64,000 nucleotides of DNA. Source: Alphaproteobacteria bacterium (lineage in GTDB: Bacteria > Pseudomonadota > Alphaproteobacteria > UBA2966). The stretch covers positions 832,001 through 896,000 of the forward strand of contig OZ219856.1 in the NCBI GenBank assembly GCA_964291395.2, given 5' to 3'. The notes under the pieces were generated by a model. It saw only the letters and a program-made list of their open reading frames with translations. It was not told where the DNA came from and ran no database searches. Within the stretch, counting starts at the first letter, position 1. Each line of letters begins with the position of its first letter. A program made the translations under genes and the position numbers. Shown piece by piece: positions 1 to 10,237 of this stretch.

Positions 1-217
1 CTCGACGTTGAGGTTCCGCTCGCCGGGAAGGGGGTGGGCCGCCACCTCCGACAGCATCGACTCCGAGTGCGTGTCGCCGTCGAGAACGGAATACTCGGCG
101 CCTTCCTCGTAGTTGAGGATGACGTTGAGAGCGAGGCGTGCGCCGCCGGGCCATCCGGGGTCGGGGGGCGTGCGGCCATAGCCGATGAAGTCGCGTTCGG
201 GTCCGTCCGGCATGTCC

Positions 218-1471
218 CTACCGCTGCCGTTCGTCCAGGATGAGGAGGGTATCGGCCACGACCTGGGCGCCTCGGGCGATGTCCTCCGGCGTCGCGTTCT
301 CCCGCTCGTTGTGGCTGAGTCCCCGTTCGCAGGGAACGAAGACCATGCCGCTCGGGCAGATTTCGGCGACGTGGCGCGCGTCGTGTCCGGCGCCGGACGG
401 CATGTGCTTGTACGAATAGCCTCGTTCCCGGGCGGCGGTCTCGATGGCGTCCGGCACGGCGCCCTCGAAAGGCGTGGAGTCGGCGCGGCGCGTCTCGGTC
501 ACGCGGACGTCGCAACGGGACCCCGCCTGCCTGCCCACGGGCTCGATCCGGTCACCCAGCCGGGCCAGCGTCGCATCGTCCGGATGACGGATATCGATGG
601 TGAAGAATACGCGGCCCGGGACCACGGCGAGCGCGCCCGGCGATACCTCGAACCGGCCGATGGTGAAACGCATGATGTCGTCCGGGTCGTGGAACAGCTC
701 GCGCAAGGCGGTAACGATCCGTACCGCGTCCACGAAGGCGTCGCGGCGCATGCGCTCGGGCGTGGTGCCGGCGTGCGCTTCGTCGCCGATGACCTCGATC
801 TCGAACTTCCGGGTCCCCTGGATGGCGGTGACGACGCCGATGTCGAGCCCTTCGGCCTCGAGTTCGGGACCCTGCTCGATATGCGACTCGACGAAAGCCG
901 CCATGGAGGCCCCCAGTTCGCGCGACCCGGCCCAGGGGATGGCCTCGCGCAGGGTCCGGACCGCGCTCTGCATCGTGACGCCGTCCCGGTCCGTGGCCGC
1001 GAGCATGATGTCGGCCGGGGCCGTCCCGACATAGACGGCGGAGCCGAGGTTCGTCGGGCTGAAGCGGGTCCCTTCCTCGTTGTTCCAGATCACGGCTTCG
1101 AGCGGATGCCTGGTGACGATGCCCGCGTCGTCGATGACTTCCAGCGCCTCGACCGCGGACAGCACGCCGGAGATGCCGTCGAAGCGGCCGCCGGTGGGCT
1201 GGGTGTCGCTGTGGGAGCCGCTGGCGATGGCGGGAGCGTCCGTCGAGCCGGGCCGGCGCATGAACTGGTTGCCGTAGGCGTCGATCTCCACCGTGAAGCC
1301 GCGGTCGCGGGCCCATGCGGCCAGCCGTGCATGCACCTCGATATCCGCGGGCGTCAGGGCCGCGCGGTTGACGCCGCCCCTTTGCGTCGCCCCGAGCTCC
1401 GCCATCTCCATGTGGCGGCGCCACAATCGGTCGCTGTCGACGTCGGCGCGTCGGTGGCCGTCGTTCGCCAC
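218..1471 (-). CDS. M20-family Zn-dependent amidohydrolase (N-carbamoyl-L-amino acid hydrolase / allantoate amidohydrolase-like)
   Basis: Motifs GSHSDTQPTGGRFDG, NEEG, HIEQGP, HAGTTP, SGAGHDA and SHNERE. GTG start at 1471 behind a GGAGGAG RBS. Confidence 0.9.
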   Translation of the reverse strand: MANDGHRRADVDSDRLWRRHMEMAELGATQRGGVNRAALTPADIEVHARLAAWARDRGFTVEIDAYGNQFMRRPGSTDAPAIASGSHSDTQPTGGRFDGISGVLSAVEALEVIDDAGIVTRHPLEAVIWNNEEGTRFSPTNLGSAVYVGTAPADIMLAATDRDGVTMQSAVRTLREAIPWAGSRELGASMAAFVESHIEQGPELEAEGLDIGVVTAIQGTRKFEIEVIGDEAHAGTTPERMRRDAFVDAVRIVTALRELFHDPDDIMRFTIGRFEVSPGALAVVPGRVFFTIDIRHPDDATLARLGDRIEPVGRQAGSRCDVRVTETRRADSTPFEGAVPDAIETAARERGYSYKHMPSGAGHDARHVAEICPSGMVFVPCERGLSHNERENATPEDIARGAQVVADTLLILDERQR

Positions 1472-1664
1472 GCGCTCCTCCCGCAATCGGTTGCCGGTCC
1501 GGCCTTCCTCCGAATCTCCCCTTTCTGCCGTGCTTTTTGCAAGCCCATGCGTCGTCGATCCGTCGGGCCCCGTGACGCCGAAGCGACTTCCGTGTATAGC
1601 AGGGAGTCAGGAGCCCGTGGAATTCGCCGGCGAGTTGAGTCCAACACCGGCAGGGGGACCGCCG

Positions 1665-3338
1665 ATGGCCTACGATCTCGTGATCAGGAACGGAACCGTC
1701 GTTGACGGAACGGGCGCGCCCGGAAAGCGCGCGGATGTCGCGGTGTCGGACGGCAGGATCGCCGAGATCGGCAGGGTCGAGGACGGTGCGGACGAGATCG
1801 TGGATGCCGGCGATTGCGTCGTCGCCCCGGGGTTCATCGATCCGCATACCCATTACGACGCCCAGATCTGTTGGGACGGTGCCGTGACGCCGTCGTCCTG
1901 GCACGGCGTCACGAGCGTGGTGATGGGCAACTGCGGCGTCGGCATCGCGCCCTGCCTGCCCGAGGCGCGCGAAATCGCCATGCGGGACCTCGTCAATGTC
2001 GAGGGCATTCCGTTCGACGTGCTCGACAAGGGAATTACCTGGGACTGGGAGACGTTCCCCGAATTCCTGGACGCCGCCGACGCGCGCAAGCCCTCGGTGA
2101 ACCTCGCGTTCCTGGCGCCCTTGACGCCGTTCCGGCACTACGTGATGGGCGAGGAGTCGATGGAGCGCGCCGCGACCCCGGAGGAGGCCGGGCGAATCGC
2201 CGGCCTCCTCGGTGAAGCCGTGGACGCCGGAGCTTTCGGGTTTTCCACCACCATCCTCAACCAGCACGTGGGGTACGAGGGCCGCCCCCTGGCCTGTCGC
2301 AATGCCGACGACGCCGAGCTGACGGTCTATGCCCGCGCACTGCGCGAGCGCGGCAAGGGGACCATCGAGATCGCCGCGACGAAACGGATCGGGATCATTG
2401 ACGACGACCAGTATGCGTTGCTCGACCTGCTGCTGACGGAGAGCGGCCGGCCGGTCACGTTTCTGGGACTGGTCGATCGCGACGACATCCCCAACGCCGC
2501 CTGGGACACGTTGGAGAAGACGGCGCCGCTGCTCGAGCGCGGTGTGCGGCCGCAGATTTTGCCGCTGCCGCTGACGCGCGAATTCAACATGCGCAACCCG
2601 TTCTCCTTTGCGGCCTTTCCCTCGTGGAACAGGGTATTCGTCGACAAGTCGAAGGAAGGTCAGCGGGCGGCGTATGCCGACCGGGAGTTCCGGAATGCCT
2701 TTCGCGGGGAAATGCTGAAACAGCTCAACTTCTGCGATTTCAATCGGATAACCCTGCACGAGGTCAGGAACCCGGACTTGAAGCGGCTGGAAGGGCAGAC
2801 CGTCACGGAGATCGCCAGGGCGCGGGGAACCGACGAGGTCGACGCCTTCCTCGACGTCACCCTCGAAGACGATGTCGATAACGAGTTCATCTTCACGTCG
2901 TTCAACACCGAGATCGGCAGCATGACCCGCATCCTCAATCACCCGCACGTCCTGATCGGCCTCGGCGACGGGGGCGCCCACGTGGACATGCTGTGCGACG
3001 CCGGCTACCCGACGTTCCTGCTCGGCAAATGGGTGCGGGAGCGCCAGGCGATGACGCTGGAAAGGGCGGTGCAGAAGTTGACCTCGGAACCGGCGGACCT
3101 GTTCGGGATTGCGGAGCGCGGCCGCCTGCGGGAGGGAAACTGGGCGGACATCACGATCTTCGATCCGGAAAACGTCGGGTCGCCTGAACGGAACGAGCGC
3201 TCCTACGACCTGCCGGGCGGCGCCAAGCGCATGTTGCGGCCGTCTCGCGGCATCGAGCGCACCATCGTCAACGGCAAGTCCATTTACAGAGACGGCAAGT
3301 TGGTCGAGGCCTCTTCCGGACGGGTGCTGCGGTCCTGA
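1665..3338 (+). CDS. N-acyl-D-amino-acid deacylase (D-aminoacylase-like amidohydrolase)
   Basis: MAYDLVIRNGTVVDGTG start, PGFIDPHTHYD, HGVTSVVMGNCG, DGGAH, RGRLREGNWADI. Confidence 0.9.
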   Translation: MAYDLVIRNGTVVDGTGAPGKRADVAVSDGRIAEIGRVEDGADEIVDAGDCVVAPGFIDPHTHYDAQICWDGAVTPSSWHGVTSVVMGNCGVGIAPCLPEAREIAMRDLVNVEGIPFDVLDKGITWDWETFPEFLDAADARKPSVNLAFLAPLTPFRHYVMGEESMERAATPEEAGRIAGLLGEAVDAGAFGFSTTILNQHVGYEGRPLACRNADDAELTVYARALRERGKGTIEIAATKRIGIIDDDQYALLDLLLTESGRPVTFLGLVDRDDIPNAAWDTLEKTAPLLERGVRPQILPLPLTREFNMRNPFSFAAFPSWNRVFVDKSKEGQRAAYADREFRNAFRGEMLKQLNFCDFNRITLHEVRNPDLKRLEGQTVTEIARARGTDEVDAFLDVTLEDDVDNEFIFTSFNTEIGSMTRILNHPHVLIGLGDGGAHVDMLCDAGYPTFLLGKWVRERQAMTLERAVQKLTSEPADLFGIAERGRLREGNWADITIFDPENVGSPERNERSYDLPGGAKRMLRPSRGIERTIVNGKSIYRDGKLVEASSGRVLRS

Positions 3339-3628
3339 GAGTTTCCCTGCCCTTATTGTTGATGGGAAGGCGCCGCGCGCCTCCGGTCACGATTGCATGT
3401 TAGGCGGCCCTCCGGTCCGTGTCCTTCTTCGGCCTGCTTTGCAGATCGGTTTTCGATTTTGATGGAGTGGGCGCCGAACGACGGCGAATCTCGGTAGGGG
3501 CATGAAACAGAATCACCGAAGCTGTTTCTCCCTAACTCCGCCTTGCCGCCCCCGAACAGGCTCGGAGTTACCAGTCTGCAGGCTTCGAGATTGCCGTTCC
3601 CGGAATCGGGTCCGGGGGGAAAGGTGGA

Positions 3629-4246
3629 GTGACTGAGATGAATGTGACCTTGTACGGCGTTGGCGCCAACCGTTCTGCCCGTTGCCGGTGGGCCCTGGAC
3701 GAGGCAGGTGTTGAATACACCTCGATCGACCGGCATGACTTGTCCGGCCCGGATGAGCTGAAGCAATATCACCCCCTGGCAAAGACACCGGCGGCGGTTA
3801 TCGACGGTCGGACGCTGTTCGAATCCGCGGCTATCTGCACCTACATCGCCGATCGGGTCCCCGCTGCCGATCTGGTTGCCAAGCCCGGCACGATCGCCCG
3901 TGCCGAGCACGACCAGTGGGTTGCGTTCTGCTTGACTGAGATGGAGGCGTGGCTGTGGAACTCCGCCGTCAACACCTTCGTGCTGCCCGAGGAGGAGCGC
4001 ATCAGCGCGGGGCTGGAGCAAAACGCGGAGATGTTCAAACGCAGCGCGTCGGTACTGGACGTCCACTTGGCCCAGCACGACTATCTCGTTGAAGACCGGT
4101 TCACCGTGACAGACATCATCGTGGGATGGTGTTTGAATTGGGGACGCCGTCACGGCCATCTTGACGAGTATCCTGCATTGGGCCGCTATCTGGAGCGTCT
4201 CATGGCCCGCCCGCTGTGTGCCTTGGGAAACACTCGCGTCGAATGA
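3629..4246 (+). CDS. glutathione S-transferase family protein
   Basis: NRSARCRWALDE, HPLAKTP, LFESAAICTY, YLVEDRFTVTDI. Confidence 0.9.
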   Translation: MTEMNVTLYGVGANRSARCRWALDEAGVEYTSIDRHDLSGPDELKQYHPLAKTPAAVIDGRTLFESAAICTYIADRVPAADLVAKPGTIARAEHDQWVAFCLTEMEAWLWNSAVNTFVLPEEERISAGLEQNAEMFKRSASVLDVHLAQHDYLVEDRFTVTDIIVGWCLNWGRRHGHLDEYPALGRYLERLMARPLCALGNTRVE

Positions 4247-4288
4247 GCGCCAGGGCCTCGCTGACGCGGGATCCCGTGTAGGCGAGTG

Positions 4289-4396
4289 TCATGCAGAACG
4301 TGCGCGCTTGCCTGCCTTCCCGGCGGCCTCGAGGGAGGCGTCGCGCTCGTCCCTGGTGAGGTACTTGCGCTGCCCTGTGGCGTCGTGGAGTTGAAA
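4289..4396 (-). pseudogene. N-terminal remnant of a small tyrosine recombinase/integrase
   Basis: QLHDATGQRKYLTRDERDASLEAA resembles the N-terminus of small alphaproteobacterial integrases. It ends at a stop with no catalytic domain. Confidence 0.55.
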
Positions 4397-5066
4397 CGTG
4401 GTCCTCGACAAGTATCTCACTCCGGTGCCGGAAAGGCCCGGCAGGGCCGGGCCGGGAGGCGAATCCTGGCGCATCGCGGCGCGATCGTGAAACAGAATTA
4501 ACAATGGTGTTTCAGGCGAGCCATATTCGGCCGCGCCTCTCCCGAAGCCTGAGTATGCGCTTGCTCATCGAGCGAGGGTGCTCTCACCGCCTACAAGCAT
4601 GTCCGCCGCGATAGCTTGAAGCTTCATTAGCTCAGCACGGTCAGTGCTAGAACATTGGGGCGAGAGAACGGGACTTGGGTACGAGGAACGGTCAGGAGAC
4701 GACTGGCACTTGTCCCGGTCATCTCCCATCACTCGTCTCCCAAGTTCATTTCAAACTGATCACCCCTCACTCGCCTTGTCGCCACAGCCGCCCGACCTTC
4801 TGCCGCCCTCGAACAGCCTCTCCACCTCCGTGGACAGAGCCTTCTTGCCGGCGGTGTCGGAAACTGCCTTCCTCAGCTTCTCCAAGCACGCATGCGCCAC
4901 CGCCATGTGACGGAGGGCACCTGAATCAACCTGGCGGAGGCAGGGCTGGTGTGGCGCCGTCCGGCACGGTCTGGGTCGTTTGTTGGACACCGAACCCGGT
5001 GAGACCAGCTACCCGCAGGGCGGGCCGTCAGGGTCGCGCCGTCTCCCGACCAACGCCCCTCCAGAT

Positions 5067-6095
5067 CTACTTTGCCGCCGCCGCGTTGATTCGATTGAAA
5101 ATCGTGATGCTCAGTGCCTGACCCCGCTGGATCTGCTCGGCGGTCAGGAACCCCTTCATTCTATTGGTCAATTTCACCTCATCGCCACCGCTCATTTCAG
5201 CAAGGTTCGACCAGGCAAAGGCGAGAACATAATCCTGCGGCACGCCATCGCCGCGGTAGTACATGCCGCCGAGATAAGATTGCGCCAAGGCGTACCCCTG
5301 CTCGGCAGCGCGGCGGTACCAGAGGGCGGCTGCCGCATGGTCCTGCGGCACGCCGTCGCCGTGATAGTACATGCTGCCGAGGATGGACTGTGCCAGGGCG
5401 TGTCCCTGCTCGGCAGCGCGGCGGTACCAGCGGGCGGCCGCCGCATAATCCTGTGGCACGCCATCGCCGCGGTAGTACATGCTGCCGAGGTTGGACTGTG
5501 CCAGGGCGTGTCCCTGCTCGGCAGCGCGGCGGTACCAGCGCACCGCCTCTGCTTCGTCCTGCGGTACGCCCCCGCCATTCTCGTACATGACCCCGAGGTT
5601 GGACTGTGCGCTTGCGTGTCCCTGCTCGGCGGCGAGGCGGTACCAGCGCACCGCCTCTGCCTCGTCCTGCGGTACGCCCTCGCCATTCTCGTACATGACC
5701 CCGAGGTTGTACTGCGCGGCTGCGTCCCTCTGCTCGGCGGCCTTGCGATACCAGCGGACGGCTTCCGGGCGATACTGCGGCACGCCCTCTCCCTTGGCAT
5801 ACATGATGCCGAGGTTGAATTGCGCGTCGGCGTTTCCTTGCTCGGCGGCGCGGCGATACCAGCGGGCGGCTGCCGCATGGTCCTGCGGCACGCCCTTGCC
5901 GGCGTAATACATGTAGCCGAGCGTGTACTGCGCCGTAGCGTGCCCCTGTTCGGCAAGCGGACGGAACAGTTCCGCGGCTTGGGCGTAGTCCCCGCGATCA
6001 TAGGCCTCACCGGCTGTCTGCCAGTCCTGCCCAGTTGCGGGTGACAGGGGTAGGATCAGCAGCGTGAGCGCCAGGAGCAAGGGACGAATTGTCAT
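5067..6095 (-). CDS. secreted Sel1-like repeat protein (7 repeats)
   Basis: Signal peptide MTIRPLLLALTLLILPLSPATG, then seven 36-aa AEQGxAxAQxxLGxMYxxGxGVPQDxxxAxxWYxxA units. Confidence 0.92.
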   Translation of the reverse strand: MTIRPLLLALTLLILPLSPATGQDWQTAGEAYDRGDYAQAAELFRPLAEQGHATAQYTLGYMYYAGKGVPQDHAAAARWYRRAAEQGNADAQFNLGIMYAKGEGVPQYRPEAVRWYRKAAEQRDAAAQYNLGVMYENGEGVPQDEAEAVRWYRLAAEQGHASAQSNLGVMYENGGGVPQDEAEAVRWYRRAAEQGHALAQSNLGSMYYRGDGVPQDYAAAARWYRRAAEQGHALAQSILGSMYYHGDGVPQDHAAAALWYRRAAEQGYALAQSYLGGMYYRGDGVPQDYVLAFAWSNLAEMSGGDEVKLTNRMKGFLTAEQIQRGQALSITIFNRINAAAAK

Positions 6096-6111
6096 GGCAC
6101 GTCCTGCATTG

Positions 6112-6585
6112 TCATTCGCACTTCCCGACCCACGCGTGCATACCTGGGACCAAGCCTGATTTTTGAGACACGAGAGAGAATACCTTCCTGTCCATGTCCA
6201 AGAGATAGAGTTCGGTTGCGTCTGCCCAGACCACCAAGATATGGCGCACATTTCCCACTCTGTTCACCTCAAACACAGGAGCTCTGTAGTCGCTGGCGCT
6301 CCTGGTCCAGTTTTCTCCCTTAAGGTCTTTGCCTTTGATGATCACATCGAGCGCGTCGCCGGACTTCATGAAAATGAAAGTGCTCTTTATCTCGGCCTCG
6401 GTCCATTCGGCATCAATTGAGCCGTCTTCAAAGAAGTAGCTGTGCCCGGAGAGCGAGCCGCATGAAGCTAGGATTTCCGCCTGAGCCGAGGCCGACGCGG
6501 TCATTACCACTGCGCCTAGGATCCCGAGTAGCCTTGTCACCATTCGCTTCCCCATCACGCGCTTAATCATTGTCATAAAGGACAT
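6112..6585 (-). CDS. hypothetical secreted protein
   Basis: Signal-like LLGILGAVVMTASASAQA. Beta-rich body with Cys near both ends. Co-oriented with its neighbours. Confidence 0.7.
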   Translation of the reverse strand: MSFMTMIKRVMGKRMVTRLLGILGAVVMTASASAQAEILASCGSLSGHSYFFEDGSIDAEWTEAEIKSTFIFMKSGDALDVIIKGKDLKGENWTRSASDYRAPVFEVNRVGNVRHILVVWADATELYLLDMDRKVFSLVSQKSGLVPGMHAWVGKCE

Positions 6586-6618
6586 TATGTTGAGTACTTT
6601 TTAGGGCCTTCAGCCCCC

Positions 6619-8061
6619 TCAGTCGTCCGTCCGGATCAATGGCTGTTGGCGCGCGTTGAAGCGGACGTCTCTCGCTTTCTTTTGTCGGTCCCATGCCTCT
6701 TTGATATCGCTAGGAATAGACATCGGGTACGGCGTGTATCCCGTTTGCAGTATGAATTTGTACGCCTCGTCCGGGTTGCGGAGCACATGAACGCCCCGCT
6801 TCAGATCCTGTGAATTCACAAAATCGGGCGATCGCTCATACTTCGCGGCGACGAGCTCGGCGGCTTGGTCTGCCTCCACGACGGCCCTTTCCGCCTCCCG
6901 AAGTTTGTCGTCGCTTATAACGTCTCCGCGCGGGTCTTCGGAGGGGACGGCTGTGGAGAACATCTGTCTCGACGCGCGCTCTGCATGGTCCGCGGCCGGT
7001 TGGCGAGGAATCTCCGGCGGCCTAGCGGACGAGGCAGGCTTTGAATCTGTGGCGGACGTGCCGATCACCTGAGTCAGACCCTCGATGACTTGGTCGAGAC
7101 TTTGTTCTGAGCGAGCAGCGATACGGCCGGCTAGGATCGGAGAGAAGTCTTCTACTTGCGCGCGGGTGATCTTGTGCCAAACGGGCAGAATGACCTTGAG
7201 ACCATCGACCTCACGCGCGAGCAGACCGTCCAGCTCGTTCTGCGGCCATTGTTTGCTGAAAAAATGCTGGCTGAGGACGACGACGCCGAATCTCGATTGC
7301 CCCAGGCCATGGTCGATGGCCTCACGCAGACTGTCGCCGACCTTCAGCGTGGATTCGTCGAACCACACTCGCAGGCCGCGTTGCTCAAGGCCCTCGGCCA
7401 GTGGCCTTACAAAATCGTCCTTGTCTTCGCTGGCGTGGCTGATAAAGACATCCCACTCGCCATTCGAGGGGAAGGAGCGGGTGGCTTGTCCATACCGGTA
7501 ACCCTCCGCTTTTAGTCTCGCGTAGCCGTTGGCCGTCAAGATGCACTCCCCACCCCGATCATCCGAGGTGATATTTTCAATCAGGGCACTGCGATCCAGA
7601 TAGTCCAGAAGAAAAAAGAGTTCTTTTTTGTTGATACTCTCGGAATGAGAAAGCAGCCCGAAGTATTCTCTTTCAGGTCTGGTCAGAGTCGTAGGTGATT
7701 TGTCATATAGGTCGAGAAAGACGCGATATGTGACCTCATCCCCTAGATGGTCCGACCTTGTTTCTAGATATAAAAGTATGCCGTGAGCACGCTCGGGAAT
7801 TCCTAGAGGTTTTCTTCGTTGCACTTCCGAGATCGTTCTGCTGTCAATTTCTGGCCGCACGATGCCCAGACGCCGTTGTTCGACTAGCCATGACGTGAGA
7901 CAGGCTTTAAGGCGATCATCGCAGCTCTCCAGAACTTTCACCGCCGTGCCTGAGATAAAATATTTCCCCCCAGCACGCGGTGAATCCATAAATCGTCCAT
8001 CGCCAAAGCTCGGTGCCTCAATGGCAGGCGTACCCCAAATCGAACACTTAGCGTTCGTCAT
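6619..8061 (-). CDS. TIR-domain protein with a winged-helix-like N-terminal region
   Basis: WDVFISHASEDKDDFVRPLAEGL...VWFDE...GDSLREAIDHGL...VVVLSQHFFSKQWPQNELDGL...ILPVWH at about 7060-7455. Confidence 0.9.
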   Translation of the reverse strand: MTNAKCSIWGTPAIEAPSFGDGRFMDSPRAGGKYFISGTAVKVLESCDDRLKACLTSWLVEQRRLGIVRPEIDSRTISEVQRRKPLGIPERAHGILLYLETRSDHLGDEVTYRVFLDLYDKSPTTLTRPEREYFGLLSHSESINKKELFFLLDYLDRSALIENITSDDRGGECILTANGYARLKAEGYRYGQATRSFPSNGEWDVFISHASEDKDDFVRPLAEGLEQRGLRVWFDESTLKVGDSLREAIDHGLGQSRFGVVVLSQHFFSKQWPQNELDGLLAREVDGLKVILPVWHKITRAQVEDFSPILAGRIAARSEQSLDQVIEGLTQVIGTSATDSKPASSARPPEIPRQPAADHAERASRQMFSTAVPSEDPRGDVISDDKLREAERAVVEADQAAELVAAKYERSPDFVNSQDLKRGVHVLRNPDEAYKFILQTGYTPYPMSIPSDIKEAWDRQKKARDVRFNARQQPLIRTDD

Positions 8062-8097
8062 GCGATTCTCTCTGGTCCCAAGCGGCCGCGGCCCCGT

Positions 8098-8664
8098 TCA
8101 TCTCTCGGTGTGAGATAGCCCCAGAATCTCTAGGACCCAATGCAGATCAGCGTCATGTTGGGACGCGCGCCGCAGGTCCCCGAGGGTGAAACGCTGTCCT
8201 AGTGCATCGGCGGACTCTGGTTTGTCATATGTTGGCCATCGCCCTCGAAGGAACCTTTCTGCACTACGTGCCGGCACGAATCGCCTTTCGTTCCCCGGGT
8301 AGAGGCGAAACAGCAACCCTTCCAGCTTGGGCCTCAAATGGACTAGCCGCAGGCGCTCCCCGCTCGCGGCTGCCAGCGGATCACGGCCTCGCGCTCGGTC
8401 TTCTTCGATGCGATCAGTGTCCAGAAGAATCAAGCCGGCTTCATACTGACCGAAAAGCTTGGAGCGATCGCGGTATTGGTCCACGGCATACTCCACGACC
8501 ATGAGGCTGTCCCCTCCACCGGCGACACACACATCGAGATGGATATGTAGGTTCTCCGCTTGGTCACAAAGACGCTGCAGCCATGTTGCAAAAGCTCGTT
8601 CGCTTTCACCTTCAGCACCGACAAAGAAACGTCTCCGCTTCTGAACAAGTCGTCGTCGCGCCAC
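8098..8664 (-). CDS. RloB-like (TOPRIM-like) protein
   Basis: FFVGAEGESERAF acidic motif, ILLDTD, PKLEGLL, WPTYDKP. Lies 3 nt downstream of an AAA_21 ATPase. Confidence 0.8.
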   Translation of the reverse strand: MARRRLVQKRRRFFVGAEGESERAFATWLQRLCDQAENLHIHLDVCVAGGGDSLMVVEYAVDQYRDRSKLFGQYEAGLILLDTDRIEEDRARGRDPLAAASGERLRLVHLRPKLEGLLFRLYPGNERRFVPARSAERFLRGRWPTYDKPESADALGQRFTLGDLRRASQHDADLHWVLEILGLSHTER

Positions 8665-8667
8665 TCG

Positions 8668-9882
8668 TCAACCAAAAGATGGTAGTCCGCCCATAATGCC
8701 GCTTCTGTACTGCTTTTGCAGGTTGCTCTCCCGCCGCAGACCGGCAACATCTCGGGCACCATGAACGCGAGTGGCACCATCTGGTCCTTTCTCGACAATG
8801 AACATCTCTTCTTTCTCGAAGTCATCCAAAACGGATAGATTATGAAGAGAACAGAGAAGCTGAGCTTTATTTGGGTTAGTTTCCTTTCGTCGAAACCATC
8901 CCAAGATCTCTATTGCTAGATCCGTGTGAAAATCCGCATCTAAAGCGTCCATAACCGCTAAATGTCCCGTATCTAGGACAAAACGGAGGACAGGAAACTC
9001 TCGGACTAAATGTTGAGTACCAGCCGATTCGTTCGGCAAAACAACGTCTGCATCCAGGCCATGATGTTTAAAGGCTAGCAACCATTTCCCCTCTGGAAGT
9101 CTTTCGAGCTGCATGTTTTCGATCCCAAGGTCAAAACGTTGCAACTTATCTGAAATTTGGTCCACCAGAGTTTGATGGTCTCGGTAAACGTGGGTCACCG
9201 TATCAATATCGGGCATCCATGAGTCGGGGCCATCAATAATCACCCTTACGTTGCCGAAGTCTTCAGCCATCTCGGCAAACGACTCCACACCCATTCTCGC
9301 GAGGGTTGCAATTACTGATGCGTTTGGAGGAATGGAGGTGAGCCGGTCGTCGCGAGGACGCACCTTCATTGCTTTGGCAATATAGATTGGCTCCCCACGA
9401 CGCCGTTCCATGATGCGTCGAGGGCGTCCTCTCGGAAAATAATGCAATGCCTCGTAATTTACCGCTGTGGGTATGATGCTACGTGGGTCTTCTCGCACAA
9501 GCTCCAGGGTGTACCGGTATAAAGAAGCTGCTTCCCCCGACCCGTGATCTAGCCACCGAGCGTCAAATTCTACCTCGACCCGCGTGGGTGCGGTTCGCGT
9601 TGTCGACGCCAGAAACGGCAGAAAATATGGAATGTCGCCGGATCGGGCATTGTCGAATGAAGTTGCCACAAAGTGTATGGTCGCCCCTATGGCACGCAGC
9701 AAAGCCGTCTTGCCGGATCCATTTGGACCGACCAGCGCAACCACACTCGGCAGACGAATCTCGGGTCGCGAGTGACTTCTCCGGAAGCATGGTTTCTCTG
9801 GCGTCGTGCCCGGAATGCGCAGATCGAGCTCGACAGCCTCTCGTATGGATTGGAAATTGCTGATGCGGAATCTATGGATCAT
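8668..9882 (-). CDS. AAA_21/RloA-like ABC-type ATPase
   Basis: ISNFQSIRE, Walker A GPNGSGKT, signature ESAGT, Walker B-like AVMDALDADFH, SLHN, and C-terminal YRSGIMGGLP. Confidence 0.88.
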   Translation of the reverse strand: MIHRFRISNFQSIREAVELDLRIPGTTPEKPCFRRSHSRPEIRLPSVVALVGPNGSGKTALLRAIGATIHFVATSFDNARSGDIPYFLPFLASTTRTAPTRVEVEFDARWLDHGSGEAASLYRYTLELVREDPRSIIPTAVNYEALHYFPRGRPRRIMERRRGEPIYIAKAMKVRPRDDRLTSIPPNASVIATLARMGVESFAEMAEDFGNVRVIIDGPDSWMPDIDTVTHVYRDHQTLVDQISDKLQRFDLGIENMQLERLPEGKWLLAFKHHGLDADVVLPNESAGTQHLVREFPVLRFVLDTGHLAVMDALDADFHTDLAIEILGWFRRKETNPNKAQLLCSLHNLSVLDDFEKEEMFIVEKGPDGATRVHGARDVAGLRRESNLQKQYRSGIMGGLPSFG

Positions 9883-9888
9883 AATCCG

Positions 9889-9917
9889 ATCATAGCATTT
9901 TTCCGTCACTATAGCAA
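9889..9917 (-). promoter_or_regulatory. sigma70-type promoter of the RloA-RloB-TIR operon (probably leaderless)
   Basis: TTGCTA-17nt-TATGAT ending 6 nt before the ATG at 9882. No SD sequence. Confidence 0.55.
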
Positions 9918-10237
9918 ATTAATACCAAAATTTTTTGCATTTTTATGTGTTCCGATACCGGGAGGTCCAGGTGGCCGTCCGTACGCTGTCGGCATCTCAT
10001 TCCACCGGGCCCTGGCAGTGGACAGACTGCGCCACCTAGGCCGACGGGTCGAGCCCACCACCACAAACATGAAGCCATGGGGAGCGTCTAGGAGTGCCGA
10101 GGACGCCTCTTGGCAGAATCCCCCTGGCCGGAGCCTAAAGGGCCTCAGACGCCGCTCCTGTCCAATCGCATCTCCTGCACCCGGCGCCCGCAGAAATCCA
10201 TGAAGCGCCTGGAGACCTGCATCGCCTCTAGCCATCT

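Noticed and set aside
552-2981. 809-aa minus-strand ORF, and similar long ORFs such as 185..1705, 56603..59209 and 59431..60708
   Set aside because: Antisense or off-frame shadows of well-supported genes in high-GC DNA, with no recognisable motifs.
4980-6044. Repetitive plus-strand ORF and 108-bp periodicity suggesting a CRISPR-like array
   Set aside because: It is the antisense of the Sel1 repeats. There is no constant repeat/unique spacer structure and no cas genes.
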